36,903 nt of DNA from Ionaspis alba (Eukaryota). Shown here one piece after another: positions 11,836 to 22,497 of the stretch. The notes beneath the pieces were generated by a model that worked only from the letters and a program-made list of their open reading frames with translations, was not told the origin of the DNA and made no database searches. The DNA is taken from assembly GCA_964255285.1 (NCBI GenBank), contig CAXUUL010000077.1:1-36903 (forward strand), read 5' to 3'. The position numbers were made by a program, and so were the translations under genes. How positions within the stretch are numbered: position 1 is the stretch's first letter; every line of letters starts with the position of its first letter.

Positions 11836-12200
11836 GTTTGGTGCAGGTTTTGGAAGACGCTATCAAAACATCGGGGTTGCCAGCACCTAGCCCTTGCCCA
11901 GGTTCGTGCATTCAGTACAGGGTGATTCTATACTTGGGTTTGGCTATTGGGCGAAAAGATCGTTGCCGCGAACAGTTGGTGTGGGTTGAGAAAGAAATGG
12001 TTACCACAAGCAAGAATGCGATCTCAAGCTCCCATACCATCCAACAGTCTGCCGAAAGGTCTCGGATTTTAATCGGATTTAGTGTAGATCATCTTATCTC
12101 TTAGCGAGCATCATTCTGCAAACGAGGATCCACCCATCACGTACCTGTTACTTGACTTTTGATGCCAGAGTCGAGTAGACTTACCGAGCCTGCGCTGATC

Positions 12201-12728
12201 ATGGCCTCCGACACCCGAGCACATTTCCTTAGGTCTGCTGGTCATCTACTCGCCGCCAGAGCACCGGCCACTTCGGCCTCCTTGATGTATCAAGCCATTC
12301 AAGTGACCAGTAACTCTTTACTCTCGAAGACTTTAGAAGAGGTCTGCCCGACCTGTGGAAGTGTATCCATTCGCGCTTGGAACTCAGCATCTCGGATCAT
12401 TATACCTCGTTCTGGGAAGCAAATGGTATCAGCTCAACGAGTCACAACCAACAACAGTAAGGCAAGCAAGAGTGTTACTTCTCACGTTCGAAGGTTGAAC
12501 ATCTCTTGCATGCTGTGTGGACGATTTAGGCCACAGACTCTATCAAGACTACGAATTGCGAATGCGTCCGACAATACTAGACCAGCACTCTCGTTACCCA
12601 CTTCCGCAACTCAAAAATCACTTCAATCCCGTATGAGAACAGGTATGGGAACCCCACTAGAAAGAGCCTCACCTAGGTCGGTGCCTCTGCCTTCAGACGA
12701 CTTGAATCTTATGGACCTACTGAAGTGA
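12201..12728 (+). CDS. RNase P/MRP Rpr2/Rpp21/Snm1-like zinc-ribbon protein
   Basis: N-terminal 'R.HFL..A.HLL...AP.TSA.L' helix, two CxxC pairs (CPTCG, CMLCG) and C-terminal LNLMDLLK, the layout typical of fungal Rpr2-domain proteins. Confidence 0.65.
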   Translation: MASDTRAHFLRSAGHLLAARAPATSASLMYQAIQVTSNSLLSKTLEEVCPTCGSVSIRAWNSASRIIIPRSGKQMVSAQRVTTNNSKASKSVTSHVRRLNISCMLCGRFRPQTLSRLRIANASDNTRPALSLPTSATQKSLQSRMRTGMGTPLERASPRSVPLPSDDLNLMDLLK

Positions 12729-13845
12729 CAGCCTTGCTGCGATGCAGCTGTGGAGGAATCTACCATATTTTACGTACATATCTCCGTGTGTGCATATTCA
12801 ATGGCTGGCTTCGTACTACGTACCCGGAGCTGAGTTCGACCACCACGATTTGTCCTTACCCTGTATGGTATCGCGAGCCACTACTTGAGGTATGTACGGC
12901 ACAGTCAGTTCTCTCGCCTTTTTTGTTTATAGAAATTAGACTGGGTACTGGCCTGCGGATTTGTCGAAAACAACGAGAGTATTCGCGTTTGGGCATGAAA
13001 ATCGAAGCTGCTCAATAGGATGCTGCTAGAGGCCTAGAACTACTTCTGTTGGGTTCTGGCCAGACAGGTCACCAAGGGTTGCCAACTAGGTATCACCACA
13101 ATCGACAAGGAGGATCGCTACCAACCACTATCCTCTGGGGGATTTGACTCAAGCTCTTCACCATCTAGCCCATAGACTTTGGAGAGGCCGAAGTCGGGCC
13201 CACGTCGTCTCGAATTAATAGCTACCAACAAGTTCGCTACCAACAAGATCTCAAAAGTCTGTAGGGAGGCTTTCATCGTTTCGTACAACATGTATGCATT
13301 ACTAACTACCAGATGAGCGCGAAATCAAGTCAAGTAGGCTTTTACCAGTAGTACCCGGGGCACACGTTAGAACGCGGACAGACCCACTTAAATCACCTAG
13401 GCGCTACCACCCAAACTTCTGATATTGTAGAGTATGGAGAATTTTGTCCCCGATCTCTCGTGAGTCCGATCACTATGGTGATCCACTAATCATACAAGGT
13501 TTTCCGTTGCCAAAGATTAGGATCAGGTAAGGCTAACGAGCTTATCCACCCCCATCCTAGGAGGGAATTACTGTAAATTTCAAACGTAAAAAAGGGAGGC
13601 CCGAACGCCTTTCCAGCCCTTTCCCTCCCTCATCTTTTAAATACTAGAAAATTCAAAACCATTGTAAATTGGTGAAATACAGTACTGTGATAATAGCTTA
13701 AGGATTCCTGCTACGTTGGTAGTCAGGAATGTGATGATTGCAAAGGATGATCTATCTACTACGTGCCAATAAGGCTCTAAGAACTATGGCGCTAGCATTT
13801 ACCCGCTAGCGCACCCACAGTTACGGGCTACGAACAATTCCAGTA

Positions 13846-14303
13846 CTGGGTGTGGATTGACAGTAGGATGCCTAATTAAGATTAGCCTCAGGGTTTGTTT
13901 ATAGTTTAAGGCTGCGTCAGGTATCTGGGCAGGCTACGGTGGATTTGATCACTGCGTAATAATAGTCAATTATTAGGAGATTCGCAATAGTATGAATTGC
14001 TGTTAATTATTAAAAGGCATTCGAGATGTGGGATTTTTTCCCCCGAAGACTGGTCGTCAATTCGCAAAAGGTTTAGTGGATTCGCGAATCTAATCAGTTC
14101 GCGATAGGTTTAGCTGCCTCGTGACTCTAATACTGCTAAAATAATAACTTAATCTAGACAATTGCCGATGGTATTGCTGGCGGAACGTATAGTACAAAAG
14201 TTGGTTAAATGGTTAAGATGGGAGCTATGCGAATATCTTCGACCTATAAACAAACCCCTGAGGTTAATTTTGATTAGGGGCCCTACGGTTAATCCACACT
14301 CAG
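13846..14303. mobile_element. Non-autonomous Tc1/mariner-type element (MITE), 458 bp
   Basis: About 60-bp imperfect terminal inverted repeats (CTGGGTGTGGATTGACAGTAGGATGCCTAATTAAGATTAGCCTCAGGGTTTGTTTATAG / CTATAAACAAACCCCTGAGGTTAATTTTGATTAGGGGCCCTACGGTTAATCCACACTCAG), flanked by TA at 13844-5 and 14304-5; no ORF. Confidence 0.8.
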
Positions 14304-14803
14304 TACTTTTAAGCTAGTATCACGGCACCGTATTTCAAACCTACTGCGGACGGTAACTCTGTACTGTCCGCAGGCAAGAGGCTTATCCGCCACTAAGCGC
14401 TTTACGACCTCACGAGCGACTCAGAAATCTCTTCGTAGAAACTCCGTACTTATACCTATGGTTTTTATCTTCAAATATCCTCTTTATCAAAACAAGCTCG
14501 CCTAGACTCGTTGAGTTGTTATCGGTTCGCCTGAGGCCTTCGAAAATCTTTACTCTTCTCTAACCGCATGTAATGCTAGGTAAGCATTGACGTGTTCTTA
14601 CTCCGTTGCATGCTCAACCCTTTTGTTCATACTCGAGAGTTACACTAGAGGATGTGGCCCCGCAACCTATACCTATGTCCTTTTGCTGCCGCTTGCTTTG
14701 ACTAACGAGCTGTAATGACAGCTAGGAAATCTCCGTCCCAGTCTATCAACCTGATTGATCCTGTCTGAGACGTCAACTACCCGATCCTACTGAGAGACGT
14801 GGA

Positions 14804-16372
14804 ATGGAGGACCGTCAGGAATCAGAGCGAGCCCAACTTTTTCCTCCGATTGGGAGTCATGTAGGCGGTATCGCCATCTCGGAGAATGCTGAAGATAGCT
14901 CTCCTGTTGTGGATGAGATTGAAAGCATGTGTATGAATTGTCACCAAGACGTTAGCAGATGTATTGACCCAGGAAACGTACGCATTTTGGCTGATTGTTT
15001 CATGTAGGGCGTTACACGTCTACTGCTTATTAAAATCCCGCACTTTCGGGAGGTTGTACTCATGTCTTTTCACTGCCAACACTGTCACTTCAAGAACAAT
15101 GAGATTCAGTCCGCCGGCGAAATTCAAGAACGTGGGTCAAGATACGTTCTCAGGGCAGAGCATCTGCCAGATATGGAACGGCAGGTGGTCAAGAGTGATA
15201 CAGCGACCTTCCGAATAGAAGATCTTGATCTCGAGATCCCCGCCGGTCGAGGAAGAATCACGAACATCGAAGGCGTGTTGGCGGAGATTCTTAAAGATCT
15301 TGAGCGTGATCAGGATCGCAGAAAGCGAGAAAATTCTGAAGTTTATCAGAAGATCGGCAGTATCATACAAGTTCTGCTTAAAATGGTCGACGGCACATCC
15401 TTTCCGTTCACAGTTACTCTGGATGATCCGGCTGGTAATTCTTGGATCGAGCCTTCGCCTACGGATGGTGGGAGTAAATACCTTCGTTTAGACTACCCCA
15501 GGGACCCTGAACAGAATGTAGCGCTTGGTCTCACAAACGATCAAGATCGTGTCGACTCTTTAGCCCAGCCGGTCTCGTCAGAACAGGCAATGCGCTCCCT
15601 CACCGCCAATGTATTTGTACCTACTGAAAGCCCGACGAGTAATATCTTGGACGATGTGGAAATACTGGACGGGCAAATGTACTCTTTGCCCTGCCATTGC
15701 CCGGGGTGTGCCAAGGCTGCGACAATGAATCTCCAGATGGTAAATGTGCCCTACTTCAAGCAGGTCATCATATCAGCTGTGACCTGTGTATATTGTGGTT
15801 ATCGCACAAATGATGTCAAGACTGGTGGCGACATTCCTGACAAAGGAAATCGTATCTGGCTTGATGTCAATCAACCCGTCGACCTCCGGCGGGACATTCT
15901 GAAATCGGAGACGTGCTGCCTGAAGATTCCGGCATGTAGCGTTGAAGTGCAACCAGGAACTATGGGCGGACGGTTCACGACCGTCGAGGGCTTATTGACA
16001 CAGATTCGCGATGATCTTCACGGCTCGATCTACGATGTCGATGACGTCCAGGGCTCAGGAGGTGACTCCATGCCCTTAGAGCGCAGAAAGGCTTGGGAAG
16101 ACTTCTTCGCTACGCTAGAGAAAGCAATTAAAGGGCAAATGACTTATACAATTTTACTGGAGGATCCTCTTGCCAATAGTTATGTTCAAAGTCTCACTGC
16201 TCCAGAACCAGACCCCCAACTGAAAATCGAAGAGTATCAACGAAGTAAGGACGAAGAAGAAGATTTGGGTTTGGCTGATATGCGGACTCGGTTGGATGAA
16301 ACTGGTCATTATGTCAAGGATGATGCGATGCAGCGGCCAAATCATCCTATAAACGAAAACAGCCTACAGTGA
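14804..16372 (+). CDS. ZPR1: Zinc-finger protein Zpr1 (eEF1A chaperone)
   Basis: Exon 14804-14950 (IESMCMNC), intron 14951-15007, then two Zpr1 repeats (CQHCHFKNNEIQ, LDDPAGNSWI, CPGC...CVYCGYRTNDVKTGG, GRFTTVEGLL, LEDPLANSY). Confidence 0.96.
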
Positions 16373-17004
16373 GCAACGAAACGCTTGCATACGAGCGTCG
16401 AAGCTGCAGTCTCGGGGACTGGTCCTATTAAGCGCTCAAGGATGATCACTTTTGCAGCCCACAACCCAGCTACAAGCAACTAAGAGGCTGTCACTACCTT
16501 CAATGGACAGATCAATATTCGAACGCGTGAGCCTTGTTTGGTCAGCAACGACCGTAATATTCGAGTGATGGGGAAAGTGAAGAAGAGGATCAAGGATTTC
16601 CGATGACTCCCGGCGTAATTCGGCGAACCTGACTGTACGTTGCGCTAGCGGCTAATACTTACGCGCCCATAAGGATTGGGGTGACAGTGTTGTTCAAATA
16701 TAGTTACTCAGACATCTCCAGAGAACATTACTGGAGGATTCCGGAGAGGAGAGCGCAACTAGTCTCGGATTACTTCAATATCAAGGCTGATCTTGGACCA
16801 TGCATGTTTATACTTCTATTTAGAGGACAAAAGGTACACTTCGAGGAATTCCCTTGGTGTCTTTAGGGCTTGACCATGGATAGCTCGAGTATATGAATGG
16901 TTGAGGTTGTGGCGCTGCAATTGTTTGTGACTGTATGAGCTGGTAATATGATGCTATGCGTCGTTGCTACTGTAATCAATGCATATTCTACATTGGACAA
17001 GGTA

Positions 17005-17736
17005 CTAGGCTGCCAAAGGGTTTGCATGCACTGTGACGTTCTTAATGGTGATTTTCTCTTTCGGCCGACCCTTTGCATCTACTGCTGCTACTTCCAATTT
17101 CTGCAGGACAGATTCGCTATCCAGTACTCGCCCGAAGATCGTATTCTTCCCGTCCAAATGGGGTGCTGGGGCGAAACAGACGAAGAACTGGCTGCCATTG
17201 GTCATCGGGCCCTTATTAGCCATACTGACTATGCCCCTGGCGTTATGGCGTAGCGCGGGGCGAATTTCATCCTCGAATGGTTCGTGCCAGATGGAAGTAG
17301 AGGTCTTGGTGGAGGATACAGCGGGCGATCCCGTCTGAAACATGAAGGAGGGGATCAAACGATGAATGGGAGAGGCATCGTAGAAGGAAGAAGCACAAAG
17401 AGCAAGGAAGTTCTGCACCGCGTTAGACTATGGACCTCAAAAAGCCTGCAAACTTGGGTTGTACAAACCTCAGCAGTTTTTGGTACGCTCTCACAGAACA
17501 CCTCGAGTTTGATGTCACCTAGATCTGTGTGGAGCTTCGAAGATCAGTCAGCCACATCTTTAGCAATGCTTATTACCAACTGCATTGCCTCAAGGTCATT
17601 CCCTATCGCCCACCGTGTCCACCCACAAAGACGGATGCGTAGGGACATAAAGCGAAAACCCCCATGCCGGTACTTTCGGAGCTTTCCCTCAATTCTATAG
17701 CCCATGGGAGGACTGGCCACTTACAGTGACAGACAT
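17005..17736 (-). CDS. CYP10: Cyclophilin-type PPIase Cyp10/PPIL3
   Basis: MSVT | intron 17724-17535 | LHTDLGDIKLEVFCESVPKTAE | intron 17468-17416 | NFLALCAS...HRLIPSFMFQTG...LRHNARGIVSMANKGPMTNGSQFF...VHANPLA. Confidence 0.92.
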
Positions 17737-18297
17737 GTTGAGTTTCTATGACCATGAATCACAATATATACCATTAGGAGTGAGACGTTTGAGTGCCTAC
17801 ACCAGCTTCCTACTGTGCTGCAATCTTGCCTTGACTACGATCGTTTCCTGCCTAACGGTGGTATGGAATAATCGTACTGGATGTAACTAAAACGAAATTT
17901 TGGCGGAGATGATGAGGCTTGAACGAGGTCGGGGCGGCACTACCATTATTGCGTCCAGAATTCAAGGGTATACGAGTACATAAGGCTATACATGGGCCTT
18001 GGCGTTTACGCAGCTGCGCTAAACTGGCAGCAATGTTTGGTCCGGAATCCTAGAGCTATAGGCACCAGATCCCAAGGTCCCTGACGGTCAATCGCACAGT
18101 ATACGCGCTACCATCACTCGAGATAGGCTGCATTCATAACCATCGGCATATCCATCAGCATCCAGCTTAATTCGACCCGACCTCAAGCGTAACCACAAAT
18201 CAACCCCCACTGCCTGCTCCTCGTTTGATGCTCTCCAACTTTCGAAGACTATCTGCGTGATGGGCGGGTTGAGTAAATATCAAGAGCTGTGCACACC

Positions 18298-19562
18298 ATG
18301 ACGGCGTTTGTCCGGATCGTGAGCCAGATCCCAAATCAACATATGCTGGTTGGGTTTCCTGGCATCAGCGCCACACTTCCGCGATTGGAGGGTAAGGTCG
18401 AGATTCGGCCGATAGCTGGGGTATCCGCACCAGTTTCGATATCTCTCGTCCGAATATCTCTACAACGGCGAGAGACCATTCATCCTTCGGCTGACTCGGT
18501 CACCAAAAAACACCTCGCGGCTCCGCGAAAGGAGATTACCGATATCGTGGGTAAAGAGATGCTGTTGTTCAAGTGCCCGGCCAACAAGGATTGCGAGGAA
18601 GTGTATGCCATGGACCTTCCGTTCGTGTTGTTCATTCCGTTCGGGAGAGGAGGCGAAGAAACTGCTCGCAGGGTGCCTCCGGCAAGCTTACAATTACCGA
18701 GTCGGACGGCTGAAACATACTATGAAATGGTCGTTATGGTGCAGCAAGGTCGTACGGAGCGGAAAGACTACCACTTCCCTGTACCTATCTCCAGATATGA
18801 TACACTATCTACGTTCGGCATGTACAACCGACCTGAATCGGCGGAGAGGATAACAGATCACCTCGTCACTCTTGGCATATCACTACCTCGGTGGTCTTAC
18901 GGTCCTCTTGATCCTGTCAGTGTATACATCAAGTTATCGCCCAACCCTGACTGGATCAGCAAAGCGAAGAAGGTGACGATACAGAAGATCACCATTGGAA
19001 TCGACGAAGAAGTCACATACAATCACGAAGGCGATGAGCCCCAGAAAAAGGTCAAAGCCATCGCCAAGCAAACACAGACGGTAGGGGTCAAGATGCCCGA
19101 AGCTGGCTACTTCACCAACCTTGGATTAGTCTTCCCGGCCAAAGATCTGCGAGACAACGACGGCGTGCTTCCACGGGGAAAGCAGGCCTTTCCAATGTAT
19201 GCAATCGGGGGCTTTACCACGACTGGGAGTTTATACAAGATAGAGTATTTTCTGACGGTGAAGGTTGGCACATCTCGATTGTTGGGTGCTTTTAGCAACG
19301 ATAGCTGATCTGGTTATAGGCCGCATTGACCGGCGCAAAAGATATACTGCTGCGACAATTGATCGTGGTATGTCCACTTGATCATGCTGGTTGTAAGGAA
19401 GAGATGGCCGCGATCGAGCAGGCAGCTAAGGATGCTGCACAAATCAATGCCGACAATCCCATGCTGCCTGCGCCGATGATAGTTCGCAAGAATGACTACA
19501 ACGCGCTACATGCACTTGGCATGACTATGGTGGGACACTTCAAGAAACCTTTGATTGAATAA
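18298..19562 (+). CDS. Arrestin-fold domain protein (fungal conserved)
   Basis: Long ORF 18298-19263, intron 19264-19319, last exon to 19562. Beta-rich sequence with VGFPGISATLPRLEG.V, DLPFVLFIP, PPASLQL and LYKIEYFLTVK, typical of arrestin N/C domains. Confidence 0.7.
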
Positions 19563-20300
19563 GTGCGGTGAAGAGGCGAATTGAGCCTGGTAATGACTGG
19601 ATGAGGTATGGTTGGCATCTTCGCACCAAACGCGAGGGCGTACGTAGCACAAGTCACGGGCATTTCATGGCGCATGTGATTGAAATCTGAGGTAAAGAGA
19701 TAAGGGTCTTCGTTTGGAGCATGTATTTTGCATTAGTGGTCACTACTCTTGGTGAGCAGAAGCCTTTAGCCAACCAGTGCCAATGTCTAACACCAATCTG
19801 CTCCAACCACACTGCAGCTGTAAATCTAACAATGTTCAGATATCTGCGTTGCAACTTCCGTCGATCAACTGGCTCCAGTGCTCATATCATGCTCTCATAA
19901 CCGAGACGCATTTCACGGCCGATGAACCGCATCTGCAGAGTGTATAAGCTTTGGCCCCAACACAAGAGTCATATCAGACAATACCGCTGCCGGGGCTTCG
20001 GCTGACCCGTGTTGAGGCTTTGAATACGCTCTATCCAAGCAATTCCCTGCAGCGCTGTCATGTACGGAGAAACGGAGGACGCTCGAGATCCAGGCGTAGA
20101 GTCTCTGTAAATTTACTGTATTTAGAACTCTGATAAGAAGTCCTCCTCATGTGGCCCCCAAGGCTTTTATCTCGACCTAGCACACGTCGGACGGAAAGAT
20201 GGGACAGTCTCACCGATCAGTCCTCTAGAATTTGCCAAGGTCATTTTAACATTTTCTTACCCCACTCAATGTTCAGGTAGTGAACTCATATGTTTCCGAA

Positions 20301-20306
20301 TATAAA
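20301..20306 (+). promoter_or_regulatory. TATA element upstream of tRNA-Leu(AAG)
   Basis: TATAAA starting 32 nt before the mature tRNA 5' end, the usual TBP/TFIIIB position for fungal tRNA genes. Confidence 0.55.
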
Positions 20307-20332
20307 GAAGTTTACGACTACAATGTAGCCAT

Positions 20333-20489
20333 GGTGGAATGGCCGAGTTGGTTATGTGAGTCCGTTTGTTGTCACAAGTTGCAACTTTCCTTTGCTAATT
20401 TGATGAAATAGGGCGCTAGGTTAAGGTCAGCTTAACATTTCTCTATCCTAGTTCCGAAAGGAGCGTGGGTTCGAGTCCCACTTCCATCA
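20333..20489 (+). tRNA. tRNA-Leu(AAG) with two introns: spliceosomal-type 20356-20411 (between nt 22/23) and canonical 20427-20445 (37/38)
   Basis: Spliced: GGTGGAA TG GCCGAGTTGGTTAT|GGC G CTAGG TTAAGG|T CCTAG TTCCGAAAGGAGC GTGGG TTCGAGT CCCAC TTCCATC A. All stems pair, A and B boxes are intact, and T7 follows at 20490-20496. Confidence 0.92.
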
Positions 20490-20766
20490 TTTTTTTAAGC
20501 CTCACATTGCATCTTATGATGTGGCCTGAGGTTCAAACCTTCGCCCCGTCAATCACCACAGCCGGTGTAAATGATAATACGTGCATTTTGGCTAGTTTGT
20601 ATTTCGGCTGTCGCGCCAGGCTCGTCTATGTAAAACGCACCAAAATGTTGTTGTCAGATATGGGATTTCCAAATAGATATGAAGGGAGCCAATGCGACAA
20701 CTACTCGTAGTACTTGTGATCAAGAAAAGAGCCGGATCCCTCTAGTATTACCTGCGTAGTACCGCT

Positions 20767-21217
20767 ATGTCGTCTTATGGGTTACGTGCAGTTGTGACTG
20801 GAAACGATGATTCTCTTGAGAAGACATACTTTGAGGAGCAGCGGACCACCTTGTTGGGTGAGATCGCCAACGTAAGGTCCACCAAAGTAGTGATCAGATT
20901 TTACTGCGGCTTGCTAATCTTCCTAGAGCCTTGAACACGTCTTGCAGAACATTAATAAGCTCAATCGCTCCCTCGAGGGCGTTATCGCGGTTTGTTTTTG
21001 ACAGTCTGTTTGTACTGATTGCAGAATTGACTAAAATGCTGGACACCAGGTCGGAAATGAGTTTGGATCCGTTGAAGCCCTATGGTCACAGTTTGAGAGC
21101 GTCATGGTAAAGGACTCGGGCGTTGACGACGAAGGAACGGATAGTGGAGGAGAAGGGGCGGATGGACGTGGTGACGGAGATGGTGGTGCTGCGAAGGACG
21201 CAAGCCAGAGTAAATAG
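20767..21217 (+). CDS. DAD1: DASH/Dam1 complex subunit Dad1 (absent from the ORF track)
   Basis: Exons 20767-20871, 20927-20989 and 21050-21217 give ...KTYFEEQRTTLLGEIAN|SLEHVLQNINKLNRSLEGVIA|VGNEFGSVEALWSQFESVM. Confidence 0.93.
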
Positions 21218-21543
21218 TTTATCACGATCCACTTTTTGGTGAGTGACTGAGCTAAGCACTCATATCTCTCGCTGACAGGAACTCAATGAGCAAGGTTCTA
21301 CGGATAGACAGGGTTGCATTACATGACAAGTCTAGACAAGTCGCCCAAGTGTACCAAAGCAGTTTCAGTCCGATGTTCTCATAACGCCCAAACCTCGCTA
21401 TCGCCAATGCAAGCACGAATGAAGCCGGGACTAACAACCCTGGAGAGTATAAAGCATCAAGGAAATGCCATACAAGTCAGCCGCGTAGTATCCTTCCAAC
21501 ACTATACAGTGGATGCCGGCTTTACACCAGCTCTATTAATGAC

Positions 21544-22497
21544 TCAGAGGATTTTACAAGATCTTTTTCTCGTCTTTTTGATGCTTGGGCCAACGTTCCC
21601 GGAGAAAGTTTGATCTCGGCTAGCAAAATCTTGGCCGACGGCAGTATTGATAGCGAGCTCGAAAACCTCCTCGACTCCGTTCATCTCTTTGCTGCTGCAT
21701 TCCATATATGTTGCACCCATACGCGCTGCCACTGTGTGTCCTTGTTGGGCAGTTATTGGCGTAAGGCCCTGCGTCTTCAGCAGATCGATGCACGTGCGCT
21801 TTGTTCGAAGATCTGATTTCAATCCGACAAGGATGATGGGAGTTGTGGGGCAGAAGTGGAGAACTTCCGGATACCACTACAAGATTATATTAGCGGTTTG
21901 AACTCCTCGGATATTTTCAAGTGTAATCGTACCTTGTCCATGACGTTCTCAAGAGAGTTTGGGCAATCTATCGCGAAGCAGACGAATAATAGGTCGGTCT
22001 CGGGGTAGGAGAGCGGTCGTAGACGATCGTATTCTTCCTGACCAGCAGTATCCCACAACGCTAGTTCGACTGATTTACCACTTGGTCGATGAGGCTTGTG
22101 TGTAATGTAATTTTCGAACACCGTGGGCACGTATTTCTGTCGCACATCAGCACAGTTTCTGCTGCGAGCTGCGTAAGCCACATACCTCGGGAAAATAGCC
22201 TTGGCTGTAGCTGATCAAAAGGCAAGTCTTTCCGCATCCACCGTCGCCTACCACGACGAACTTCTTAGAGAAGGATGGCATTTGTGAGCCGCTGGTGGCT
22301 GCTGTAATGTCTGATAGATGTCCGGTCGAACTGGTCATGGCCGTGTTTGTTGTGCCATTGCTGGTTCTCACGCTTTGTTGCCTCGTTGGCTTTCGACGTG
22401 GAGACACAGATACTGACACAGAGCCCGCCTTTTCGCTGAGGACTGACCCTTGGCGCCGCAGATAGTTGTAGCTGTCGCCGAATGCTTGGACCGACAT
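21544..22497 (-). CDS. RHO4: Rho-family GTPase Rho4
   Basis: N-terminal extension, [36 protein letters not shown]...[22 protein letters not shown]...|[10 protein letters not shown]..., polybasic plus CAAX end RKRSCKIL. Confidence 0.93.

Noticed and set aside
12725..13018. 97-aa ORF overlapping the Rpr2-like stop codon
   Set aside because: GTG start, no domain similarity; probably 3' UTR.
13116..13250. Short repeats GCTACCAAC(AAG), three copies
   Set aside because: Too short and irregular to call an array or element; not CRISPR-like, and the DNA is eukaryotic.
13731..13790. Box C-like GTGATGA
   Set aside because: No matching D box (CTGA) at a plausible distance.
17659..17710. Hammerhead-ribozyme-like stem followed by CGAAA in CYP10 intron 1 (minus strand)
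   Set aside because: The required CUGANGA core is absent and stems I/III cannot be assigned.
20465..20710. 81-aa ORF starting within the tRNA T-arm, i.e. the idea that the GT-AG intron belongs to a protein-coding gene overlapping the tRNA
   Set aside because: GTG start and no recognisable protein. Splicing from ATG 20331 or ATG 20339 meets a stop within a few codons, so the intron is best explained as part of the tRNA. A 5'-UTR intron of a long DAD1 transcript cannot be fully excluded without TSS data.
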